Assembly: GCA_044892525.1 (NCBI GenBank)
Contig: CM097885.1
Coordinates: 51,028,001 to 51,092,000 of the forward strand
Reading direction: 5' to 3'
Length of the DNA stretch: 64,000 nt
DNA from: Schmidtea polychroa
Taxonomy: Eukaryota
Below the pieces are notes generated by a model. The model was not told where the DNA came from and did no database searches. It worked only from the letters and a program-made list of their open reading frames with translations. Below, one piece after another: positions 54,374-64,000 of the stretch. Positions within the stretch are counted from its first letter, which is position 1; each line of letters opens with the position of its first letter. A program made the translations under genes and the position numbers.

Positions 54374-56819
54374 ACTATATCTCCCTTAAAAGATCATATA
54401 TTCCCATCTTAACCGATCTCTCATTAAATCTCACCGACAATATCCCATCTTAACCGATCTCTCAGCAAATATTTCTACCCTTTTAAACATATATCCGATT
54501 ATATCCCTTATTTTCCCTAAAGATTCCACCCACTTGAGCCCTTTAATATATATCAATCCTCTTAAAATCCTCAGAGAACTTCAAAAATCTGACTTTTAAT
54601 TAATTGTTATAGGAACCAGACAAATAATAAGAGCCCACTAAAAGATCAAAATTCAATAAATTTTCTACAAATATTTACCATCAAATACTGGAGATGATAT
54701 ATATTGTTTGATCATAATTCTTCAGCTATTCAACCAATCATTTTCAAGCAATAACAGCAAACTAAATTTCTGTATATCCTACAATAATTATCACGTAAAT
54801 TTAAAGTCCCTGATAAAGTTAACTGGTTTCTTAGCTTATGTTTTTAAAGATCATCAATGTGTAAATATTCTTAGAAAATTATTGAAAAAAATTATCTAGT
54901 CAAATATATTACACAGTTATCATCAAAAATTTATTCTATCACTTAATTATACCTAATTGTCAATGAAATTAATTTTTATTTAAAAACTATTCAATAAAAA
55001 AATTATTAAGGTATTAAAGTACCTATTCAAAAATTAAAAAAAAAGACCTAATCAATAATTTTCAATAAAATACTATTCACAGCTTGTTATGTAATAAACT
55101 AGTCGTGGCTTGTTATGTAATAAACTAGCTTAAATTATATATCCTCCTCACTTATATTCACTATTATTCACCACTATTTAATCCCTATATTACCCCCGAT
55201 TCCCGATTTTCCATTAATTATTCACTTATATTCCCCGATTCTCTATTTTCCATTAATTAATCACTAATATCCCCCTGATTTTGATTAATTATTCCCCACA
55301 AATATTTGTTTTAAAGGTTTTTTTATTAAAGTGTTAATTTTATGAAATAATTTTAAATAAATTCAATTAATATATTTACATTTTTATCAACCTTCTTCTT
55401 ATCTATGCCCATTCTCAGTATTTACCTCCATTAATGAATTATTCTACCAATTATTTTCACCCATTTGAATCGAGTAATGAATAATTTCCTCACTTTAATG
55501 AAGATTCTTACCACCTTCATTGTTAATTTTATCATAGTTTAAAGAATAATTGTCTTTACATTGCTTACCACTTTAGAATTTTTATCGAAATTATGATAAT
55601 TTTACTAATTCAATGAAGAATGAGTTAATTAATATATACTCTGAGTTTATCCGACAAAATATTCTGTCCCCCTATGGGTATTGCTCACAAGGGTACTACT
55701 CACATTCAACATGTCGTAAGGGTATTAGTCGTAAAGGTATTTAATGCTTTTATTTGAATGATTATTTAGACAAATTTGTTTGCATTCATTGATAATTTTT
55801 AGAGTTGATGGTTTTATTCAAGTAAATTTCTATCTTTTTTGTGAATTTTTATCAATTTTGTGAATTTCTTTGATTTTTGTAAATTTCTATTATTTTTGCA
55901 GATTTCTATCATTTTTGTGAATTTAATGTTTATTGAATGAATATTTAATAATTTAAAGTTAGTTCTAAGATAAAGTTAATTAATTTCTTGATAATTGGAT
56001 GTATTTTTAATTTTAAATAAAAATTATTTTTAATGAGGTTAATAATTAGAGTTTGTACAATAATCAAGTGGTAGGATAAATTTTTATGAGGATATTGAAT
56101 AATTTTCTAAGAATTTCATGTTGACTGATTAAAAGTTTTAATGGTGATAAATTTAATTGATAAATTTAATTAATTTCTTGATAATTAGTTGTATTTTATT
56201 GAATAGTTTTTAAATAAAAATTAATTTCATTGACAATTAGGTATAATTAAGTGATAGAATAAATTTTTGATGATAACTGTGTAATATATTTGACTAGATA
56301 ATTTTTTTCAATAATTTTCTAAGAATATTTACACATTGATGATCTTTAAAAACATAAGCTAAGAAACCAGTTAACTTTATCAGGGACTTTAAATTTACGT
56401 GATAATTATTGTAGGATATACAGAAATTTAGTTTGCTGTTATTGCTTGAAAATGATTGGTTGAATAGCTGAAGAATTATGATCAAACAATATATATCATC
56501 TCCAGTATTTGATGGTAAATATTTGTAGAAAATTTATTGAATTTTGATCTTTTAGTGGGCTCTTATTATTTGTCTGGTTCCTATAACAATTAATTAAAAG
56601 TCAGATTTTTGAAGTTCTCTGAGGATTTTAAGAGGATTGATATATATTAAAGGGCTCAAGTGGGTGGAATCTTTAGGGAAAATAAGGGATATAATCGGAT
56701 ATATGTTTAAAAGGGTAGAAATATTTGCTGAGAGATCGGTTAAGATGGGATATTGTCGGTGAGATTTAATGAGAGATCGGTTAAGATGGGAATATATGAT
56801 CTTTTAAGGGAGATATAGT
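54374..56819. repeat. ~626-bp inverted duplication (54374-54999 vs 56194-56819)
   Basis: Arms are reverse complements; identical ORFs 54708..54899(+) and 56294..56485(-). Confidence 0.95.
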
Positions 56820-56940
56820 CGGTTAGATTAAATGAGGGATAGGTTAAGATGGGAATATATATATATATATATATCATTGTAAGGGAGATATAGTCGATTG
56901 ACTTTAATGAGGGATCGGATAAGATGGGAATATATCATTG
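55637..56940 (+). mobile_element. Other arm of the host TIR element
   Basis: TACTCTGAGTTTATCCGACAA...GTCGTAAGGGTA terminus; ends in ~60-bp repeats that continue beyond the 3' LTR. Confidence 0.6.
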
Positions 56941-57804
56941 TGTTGGGGTTCAACAAGAGAGGCACAAAAATGAGGTGAAAATTGATAAAAACACCAAATT
57001 CAAAATAAAAATTTAAAGTACAAAATATTAATTAAAAAATCAAAATTTTAAAAATGAATATTTTCTGGGGGAAACTGGTATGGGCGGATGCTAAATAATG
57101 AGACGAGTTCAGCTATAATAAAATAAAATCAATGGGGGGTCCCTAAAAGGAATAAATTACAAAAAACAAAAATTAATTAAAAATTAATTAACTAATGGAA
57201 AACCCGAGCTAATGGGAAACCCGAGCTAATGGAGAACCCGAGCTAATGAGAAACCCGATACAATGGAAAACCCGAGCGAATTGAGAAATCCAATTTCGGG
57301 AAGGCAATTAATTTAGCCGGATAAAAAGCGCCGTCAAAGGAAATGAGCAAATTCCCTTCAATTAAATTAGACCTCCAAGAGGAAGCCCGGGGGAAATAAA
57401 ACCAAAAATAATTGGCAAAAATAAAGTCAATTAACAAGCGAGTATAAAAGCAACTGACAAGAAAACAAAATGCCAGTTGGTCGAAGAAAAGAAAACAGAA
57501 GTTGACGAGAGTGAAAAAGGAAATATCAAAGTTAGTCGAAAGTAAACCATATAAAAAAAAATCGAACGTACCAGAAAGGGATATCTCCCGTTGGAAGATC
57601 TACCCCTGCGTGAGATTTGTTGGCAATTGAAAAGTGCAGACAAAACCTGATTGTATCAAGTGTGAGTAAACTAATACAAGTGTAAAAGTGTAACTGCATC
57701 AGTGTCAATAAAGATTTTGTGTTGGGTTATTTGTTTATTTATTTATTTGGAAAAGAACACAAAGGAGTCAGACCGTAGTACCGACTTGCATTAAAAACCC
57801 AACA
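56941..57804 (+). repeat. 5' LTR (864 bp)
   Basis: TG...CA termini, 18-bp AACCCGAGCTAATGG repeats at ~57200-57280, TATAAAA at ~57443, AATAAA at ~57707, PBS downstream. Confidence 0.95.
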
Positions 57805-57808
57805 TATT

Positions 57809-57826
57809 TGGTGAGCCCGACGTGAT
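57809..57826 (+). other. Primer binding site, probably tRNA-Trp
   Basis: TGGTGAGCCCGACGTGAT is complementary to a tRNA 3' end ATCACGTCGGGCTCACCA, which resembles tRNA-Trp. Confidence 0.8.
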
Positions 57827-58203
57827 CAAAAGTCGGTGAAGATTTGTTGAAATTGTGATAATATTTGAGTGATACCGAGGAATAAAAAGGTCGGTGAAAA
57901 TTTGTTGAGATTAGTAAAGTGTCGAAAAAAAAAAAATTTGGAAAAAGATAATAATAATTAAATAAATAAATATTGAAGTGAAACGTTTATTTGAAAGTGG
58001 TGAACATTATTCGAGAATTATTAAAGTGGTGAATTTATTATTGAAGCAAAGTGGGAAAATTTGTAACGAGTGATTGTTGAAAAGTCAAAATTAAAACGAA
58101 AGGTAAATTTTGTAATTGTAATACTTTAAATTTTAGACGAGTAAAACCTGTGTTAACCAGATCATTTTATAAATTGAGAAGCCAAAAACTAGTAGAGAAT
58201 ATA

Positions 58204-61200
58204 ATGAGTACCCAAAGACAAGTTAATAATACAAATAATAATGATGAAACACCGGTGTCCACAGTTTCTGTGGGGAATGCCAGGGAAGGCAATGATTATG
58301 CGAGTTGCCAAAAACTACCTGTGGATCAGTACGGTGGAGATCCGCTGGAATTTGTCGATTTCATGGCAGATTACTATATGTATGCGACGGCCTATGGATG
58401 GAGCCAATCGATAATGGTGCAAAGATTACCGCTATACCTAAAAGGAGCAGCCCGAGAAGCGTGGCAACAAATTGATAAAAGAATAGTAGCAAATGACTGG
58501 ACCAAGTTGAAAGACGCTTTAGCTACGAAATTAATCGGAGGGGATATCAAACGGATAATGCGACAGAAATTCTATAACCGCGTACAAAAGCCAGAGTTTG
58601 CTTATCATTTATCAACTCTTGCAGAGAAAGCGTTCGAAGTGAAACCAGAACAGGCCGAGATGGCAAAGCAGGTAAAAGAATTATTGCAGGATCAATTCTT
58701 GTCAGGAGTAAAGAAAGAAATTAAAAAGGCTCTATGCTATGTTGATTTTAATGACTTTGATGAATTGATCAAAAAGGCAATGAAAATTGAGCTAAATTTA
58801 AAAAGCACACAGTCAAAATCAGAATCGTTTGCAGTCATCTCAGGCGCAAGCGAAAGATCAGTAACCCCAATTAGAAACAATCGTTTTCAACAAAAAAGTA
58901 GTCCATCACCAAAATTTAGATCCAAATTTGAGTCGAACAAGTCAACAGATATTCAAACAGATGGAAAGGAAGGTCCCATCCAATGTAGTCATTGCCAAAG
59001 GATTGGACACCATGTTAACCAATGCTGGTTTAAAAATAGAGTACAGAGAAGCCCAATTCCGATTCAGTGTGATAATTGCCAAAGAATGGGACATGACAGC
59101 AATCAATGCTGGTCCAAAAATAATGTACAACGGAGTCCAAGGCAAATGTGGCCTGATTGGTTAAAAGGAAATGGTGCGAAAAGTTTCACTAAAGCGAACA
59201 TTAATGAGCCGAGAACTAATGATAACTTACAATGCTTTAATTGCGGAAGAAAAGGGCATGTGTCACGAAATTGTTTTGCCAGGTCAAGATCAACATCAAC
59301 TTCACCATCACCGCAGAGAGATAAAGTAAATCTACAAGGACAAATTCAATGTCATTCATGCAGAAGCTATGGACACATGGCTAGATCATGTCCAAGAAAT
59401 ATGGATAAATTCCAGAGGCCCATATTAAAGAAATCGATTAGGTTTCAGAGTGACAAACCGCAGATGGATAATGTAGCTTTTATTCAGCCAGATAATTTTA
59501 ATGAAAGAATTGAAAGCGAAGTGAGAGAAATGGGTCGACGTTTGGATCGATTGATGTCAAAGTTTGAATCAGAAGAGGACTACAATAATCACATGATGTA
59601 TGAGTCGCAAGAGGAATTGAATGAAAAAGAGTCGAAAAGGAGAGTTATAAAAGATGATTTAGAAAGTGAAAAAGCAACAATGATAATGACCAGAATCGAA
59701 AAACTAATTGGAAATAATGAAATAGAGTCGGCTAAAGTGATCAAATCGTTGAGAGAATTAAGTCAAATATCTTTGAGCATGAGAAAGATAAAAAGTGTAA
59801 TTAGCTTGTGCGTTAACTACTATAATATGAATCCAAAGTATAAAGAAGAAATTAAAGAATTAATGAAAATATTCGGAAAAGCTTTGAGAGAGAAAACAGG
59901 GTTAGATTCCATCTTTGTGGAAGTAGTAAATGGGATTGATAAAAGTGTATTATGTTGTCGTTGTGAGGCAAATGATTGTGTAAATGATTTAAAGAATAAA
60001 TTAAAAGAAAAAAAGGAAGGATGCATGATAGAGTTGAGATTTAATGAGAGATTGTTAGAAAATGACGAATTTTTGGTAGATTGTGGATTTATACCAGGGA
60101 GTATAAATGAATTAAAAATGGAAAATGTAATTACTAGTGATGAAATAATGAGTAGTAAAATAATAGACAAAAGGAATTCAAGGGAGATATTAGAGGAATT
60201 AAATGATGCGTTATATATTGGAGATGAAGATGAAATCAATGAGAAGTTACAGATTATTGAGAAATTAGAAATGGAGGAAAACGATAAACTAAAAATAGTG
60301 AATGCAATACGACCATATTTACATGTGAAAACCAGATATGCCAAGTTATTAAGAAGTTTATTGCAAAGATTGGACAAGGAGCTCAGAAAGGCAAGAGTAG
60401 AGTTAAAGCCATTTTTGATAGCATTAGATTATGAGGGATATGGCAAAACGGAATATGTAGACGAGCATTGGTGTGCAAAGGTCCGAAAATTGCGGAAGAG
60501 AGCGGCTGAAACGCTGGGAAAAGATGGAATTATTATAGTAATGTACAAAGGTGAAGAACTTGACGATGATGAATACCTATATGATTGTGGGTGTGTACCA
60601 CAAGAGCTGGATGAAAACGGATATTTGATCCGAGATGGACGAGTGGGATATTTAGTGAACCATATAGTCGTAGTAAAAGGAGTGAGTTTAGAAGTAAATA
60701 TTGAGTCTAACAAGCCTGACACAGAGGAACAAGATGAAAAAGTTAAGGGAAATAAAGAAATTGATGAAATCGTTAGTGATAATGAGCAAAAAGATCCTGA
60801 TAACAAAGATCAGTCCACGGAACCAGACGTACAAGGAGAGCCACTTGTACCTGAAGGCGAAATAAATGGTGAAATCAAAAATAAGAAAGTTAGAACTTTA
60901 TATGAAATAAAGAAATATTTAGTGAGGCTAGAACAGGACGTCGACGAAACTAAGAAAATGTTGAAACATCTCGTTAAAGCAGTATATCCAATGTTCGACA
61001 TAGAAATAGAGGTAGAGGATGAACTGAAAGAAATAGTTAAAGAGATGAAGAATAGGCTTCCTGAAGTGATGCAGAAATTTGGCGAAGAGAATACATTCTG
61101 CGAGAGATCAGTAATTGAAAATTTGGCAAAAAATGAAATTAATAAGGAAGTTATAATAATAGCTTTAACTTATGTTGTTTTAGAAATTGGAACGCATACG

Positions 61201-64000
61201 TTCGCAAGGTCAGACAAGTTAGAAAATTTGATAGACATCGCTGCCCGGCTAGTAAACGAATATTTAATAAGCTGGGTAAACGAAAAAGGTGGTTGGAAAA
61301 CACTGTGTTCATCTCTAACAGAAAAGAAAAATGAGAAGCAAGAAATGAGTCCACCCCAAAGACGAGTAAATGAAAGAGTTAAGCCAGAACTAAGAAAAAC
61401 TATGATATTTCCATGGGCGATGTTTATGGTGATTACGTTTTGTGCAATAATTACACAGACATCATCTTTAGTTGCGTACGATTGTTCCCAAACTGAAATG
61501 GGAAAAGTTTATTCGGTAGTAGATATGTCGGAATGCCCAGGTGCGTATCCGAGCAGTTTAAAAATAGAAAATGACGTAAAATATTATGTGTATCAAGAGT
61601 CTGATCTGCGAAGAACTCAAGTGAGAGAGTGTATTGTCAAACATACAACATTTGTATTCTATTGTGGTAAATGGAGCCATACGTCACTCATAAAAATGCA
61701 TGCGATACCTAGGCCAGTCGAGGTGCTTCCAGAAAACTGTCTAGCAGCATTTCAAACAGGAGAATTAAAAATAAGTCCAGAAATTCGTTTAAAGGCAAAA
61801 TTGAACCATAGAATACGAGAAACAATAATTGTAAAGGGAGCTATGAAAGCAAATGGCGACTGTGAAGGGGAACCATATAAAATGAACGGTAAAATTATTC
61901 AGCAAACAGTGGTGCTAGAAGAGTATCTCACGGAGTTGAGAGAGTTCGAAGGAGCTTTCGATGATGATACGGGAAAATTACAAACTCATCCATTCTGTAA
62001 TATGAAACAAACACATTGTCAAACAGGGGAATCGATTCTTGTTTATAATGTAGAAACAAATAAGTGTAATTTAGCGCACTTAAAAACTATGAACTTTAAA
62101 GAGCTAGTAGGAGAACAGTTTAGAGATAAACCAGATAATTTCAATATGAATTATAGACCAAATAATACCATTAAATCAACCCCAGTATGGACAAAGCAAA
62201 TGGGAACAGTTATAATGTCTACGTTACCAGCAGATGGAATGCGATTTATAAAAAAGGAAATCACAAATAAATGTGGTCGAATGGTATATGTAACAAATTA
62301 TAAAGGTGTTTACGTGTCTAGAAATGTTGTGGAAGAAGCAAAAATTAAAATTCACAGAGATGACATTAAACTTACTCATTATTTTAATAATAAAATTGAT
62401 TATTTGTTTCATTTTAGTCAAAACATCATGGAAAATGTATATAGAGAAATGATTCTGAACGATTGTAAGTTGAATAAAGAGATTCTCCGAAATCGGATGG
62501 CGATGGCAATTACGAATTCAAATTTAGTAGCACCTATGCTAATATCAGAAAATGGAGTGTTTGCGAGAATATTTGGAGAAGCATTATACAGTTACAAATG
62601 CAAAGAAGTCACAGTGAAAATTGCCAAATACGAAAAATGTACGAATGAATTACCAGTAAGCTTTGGGGGAAAGGTACGATTTATGGAACCGATAACTAGA
62701 ATCTTGCTTGATGAACAAACTAAACCAAAACTTTTGCAATGCAATCGATTATTAGCCCCTTTATACCGATTAGCTACAGACTCATGGATAGCCTTACCAG
62801 ATTATCGTGGGGTCAAGACTCCAGACAAACTAGAATTAACAAATTTAGAATACCTGATAAATTTCACATCACTAAACAAAATGGCACAAATGGGCTTGTA
62901 TGCAAGCGAAGATATTGAAGAAGCTCAAAGGAATTTGTTGTTTCCATCCAAAAAGGAACGGATAATTTCAGAAATGATTGACACAGTATTACCGAATGGA
63001 GAAGGAACAGTAAATTACGAAAATTTGCTAACACCTGATCATTTCAAACGAGCTACATATAAAACGATGGAAAAGAGTTGGGGCAAGTTCATGTTTTTGG
63101 GACAAGCATGTGCAGGTTTAATTGGAATTTACGTGATTATGATAACGGCAAAGGTGGTAGTGTCGCAAATGTTGTCAGTACATCGAATATACGCAATATC
63201 GGGATGGTCATGGAAATTAGTTATTGGTTGTATTCCATTGTTGGCTAGATTCTTTATTACAGATCATCAATTTAAAGAAATGGCAAGAGTAAGGGCACAA
63301 TTAAGAAATGGCCGAAAAAGTGAGGAATCGACGTGTCAGTCGGAAGATAAAAACGACGATCATAATGATGATAACAACAACGGGGAATCGGAGTATAAAT
63401 GCTTTCGAAAAAGTGTAATAAAGAGTAAAGTAGAGCCAGAGTCCAGGTTCTTGCTTGAACCAATGCCAAAATTAAGCGGGATTGATACTCTTAGTAGATG
63501 GTATACCCCGACATTTAGACCAACAGCACCAATATATCCAAATGAACAATTAAAAGAAATGAAACCTGTAGATAATATCACAATCGAATTAGAGAAGATT
63601 GAACCAACGAGTGCTGAAATTGAAAGAAAGAATATGCTTGGTCTACCATGCAGCTATGCACTAATGACAACAGTAGTAGGAGGAAAACAACCTCGAATAA
63701 ACATACAGTTTAACAAGAGAAAAGTGGAAGCTTTATTAGACTCAGGCTCAAGTCATACTATAGTAGCGGAAAGTTTCTTGACGTATCAGGAGAAAGCCAA
63801 AATAAAACCAACGAATCACATTATTAAATCAATGTCACATAATGCACTAAATATTGTTGGAAAATTAGAAGTTAAACTGATAATTGGAGAGCAAGAAATA
63901 ATTCATTGGGTATCAGTGATGAGAAAAAGTCCTGTAAAATGTCTAATTGGCATGGATGTCATGGAGCAACTACATGGAATCTCTCTTGATCTGAGAACTG
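58204..64000 (+). CDS. Polyprotein: Gag - 4 CCHC - 2 UBL - Bcl-2-like - signal peptide/glycoprotein/TM - aspartic protease (3' incomplete)
   Basis: Hand translation shows no stop from ATG 58204 to the window end. LYLKGAAREAW and DQFLSG (capsid), four Cx2Cx4Hx4C, LVAYDCS...YCGKWSH...CTNELPV, LLDSGS at 63733-63750, CLIGMD. Confidence 0.92.
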   Translation, partial: MSTQRQVNNTNNNDETPVSTVSVGNAREGNDYASCQKLPVDQYGGDPLEFVDFMADYYMYATAYGWSQSIMVQRLPLYLKGAAREAWQQIDKRIVANDWTKLKDALATKLIGGDIKRIMRQKFYNRVQKPEFAYHLSTLAEKAFEVKPEQAEMAKQVKELLQDQFLSGVKKEIKKALCYVDFNDFDELIKKAMKIELNLKSTQSKSESFAVISGASERSVTPIRNNRFQQKSSPSPKFRSKFESNKSTDIQTDGKEGPIQCSHCQRIGHHVNQCWFKNRVQRSPIPIQCDNCQRMGHDSNQCWSKNNVQRSPRQMWPDWLKGNGAKSFTKANINEPRTNDNLQCFNCGRKGHVSRNCFARSRSTSTSPSPQRDKVNLQGQIQCHSCRSYGHMARSCPRNMDKFQRPILKKSIRFQSDKPQMDNVAFIQPDNFNERIESEVREMGRRLDRLMSKFESEEDYNNHMMYESQEELNEKESKRRVIKDDLESEKATMIMTRIEKLIGNNEIESAKVIKSLRELSQISLSMRKIKSVISLCVNYYNMNPKYKEEIKELMKIFGKALREKTGLDSIFVEVVNGIDKSVLCCRCEANDCVNDLKNKLKEKKEGCMIELRFNERLLENDEFLVDCGFIPGSINELKMENVITSDEIMSSKIIDKRNSREILEELNDALYIGDEDEINEKLQIIEKLEMEENDKLKIVNAIRPYLHVKTRYAKLLRSLLQRLDKELRKARVELKPFLIALDYEGYGKTEYVDEHWCAKVRKLRKRAAETLGKDGIIIVMYKGEELDDDEYLYDCGCVPQELDENGYLIRDGRVGYLVNHIVVVKGVSLEVNIESNKPDTEEQDEKVKGNKEIDEIVSDNEQKDPDNKDQSTEPDVQGEPLVPEGEINGEIKNKKVRTLYEIKKYLVRLEQDVDETKKMLKHLVKAVYPMFDIEIEVEDELKEIVKEMKNRLPEVMQKFGEENTFCERSVIENLAKNEINKEVIIIALTYVVLEIGTHTFARSDKLENLIDIAARLVNEYLISWVNEKGGWKTLCSSLTEKKNEKQEMSPPQRRVNERVKPELRKTMIFPWAMFMVITFCAIITQTSSLVAYDCSQTEMGKVYSVVDMSECPGAYPSSLKIENDVKYYVYQESDLRRTQVRECIVKHTTFVFYCGKWSHTSLIKMHAIPRPVEVLPENCLAAFQTGELKISPEIRLKAKLNHRIRETIIVKGAMKANGDCEGEPYKMNGKIIQQTVVLEEYLTELREFEGAFDDDTGKLQTHPFCNMKQTHCQTGESILVYNVETNKCNLAHLKTMNFKELVGEQFRDKPDNFNMNYRPNNTIKSTPVWTKQMGTVIMSTLPADGMRFIKKEITNKCGRMVYVTNYKGVYVSRNVVEEAKIKIHRDDIKLTHYFNNKIDYLFHFSQNIMENVYREMILNDCKLNKEILRNRMAMAITNSNLVAPMLISENGVFARIFGEALYSYKCKEVTVKIAKYEKCTNELPVSFGGKVRFMEPITRILLDEQTKPKLLQCNRLLAPLYRLATDSWIALPDYRGVKTPDKLELTNLEYLINFTSLNKMAQMGLYASEDIEEAQRNLLFPSKKERIISEMIDTVLPNGEGTVNYENLLTPDHFKRATYKTMEKSWGKFMFLGQACAGLIGIYVIMITAKVVVSQMLSVHRIYAISGWSWKLVIGCIPLLARFFITDHQFKEMARVRAQLRNGRKSEESTCQSEDKNDDHNDDNNNGESEYKCFRKSVIKSKVEPESRFLLEPMPKLSGIDTLSRWYTPTFRPTAPIYPNEQLKEMKPVDNITIELEKIEPTSAEIERKNMLGLPCSYALMTTVVGGKQPRINIQFNKRKVEALLDSGSSHTIVAESFLTYQEKAKIKPTNHIIKSMSHNALNIVGKLEVKLIIGEQEIIHWVSVMRKSPVKCLIGMDVMEQLHGISLDLRT

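Noticed and set aside
45898..57643. Paired small ORFs in the LTRs and in the inverted duplication
   Set aside because: They reflect repeat identity; no coding features.
58928..63581. Short ORFs listed in this interval
   Set aside because: Shadow frames of the long + strand polyprotein.

Overview
AT-rich, repeat-dense eukaryotic DNA. The long (AAT)n tracts and 40-55 nt introns suggest a flatworm/planarian-like host (inference only). Left to right: (1) 1-~12.9 kb, a compact, lightly degraded Polinton/Maverick (adintovirus-like) element with MCP, integrase, packaging ATPase, core/pVI-like protein, protease, penton, fibre-like, membrane protein and pPolB, followed by a small Pol III-type (A-box/B-box/T-run) unit. 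(2) 13-36 kb, mostly non-coding: a PSMA6 fragment, MULE, Penelope and hAT relics, a hammerhead motif, and a tandem pair of tiny multi-exon genes missed by the ORF track. (3) 36.5-40 kb, a full-length hAT with an 8-bp TSD nested in an RLE-type LINE. (4) 41-45.7 kb, satellite-like arrays and a TIR element. (5) 45.7-64 kb, a young Ty3/gypsy element of at least 15.7 kb split into two oppositely oriented halves. Its 5' half has a 1932-codon ORF that is open to the window edge and absent from the ORF track: Gag, 4 CCHC, two ubiquitin-like domains, a Bcl-2-like domain, a signal peptide plus chuvirus-like fusion glycoprotein, PTAP/YPxL, then protease. The envelope therefore lies between gag and pol in one reading frame. 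Its 3' half has RT-RNase H-integrase fused to a second membrane protein, a separate DEDDh exonuclease, and an antisense intron-containing KLHL20-like host fragment. All domain calls are by-eye motif recognition; no searches were run.
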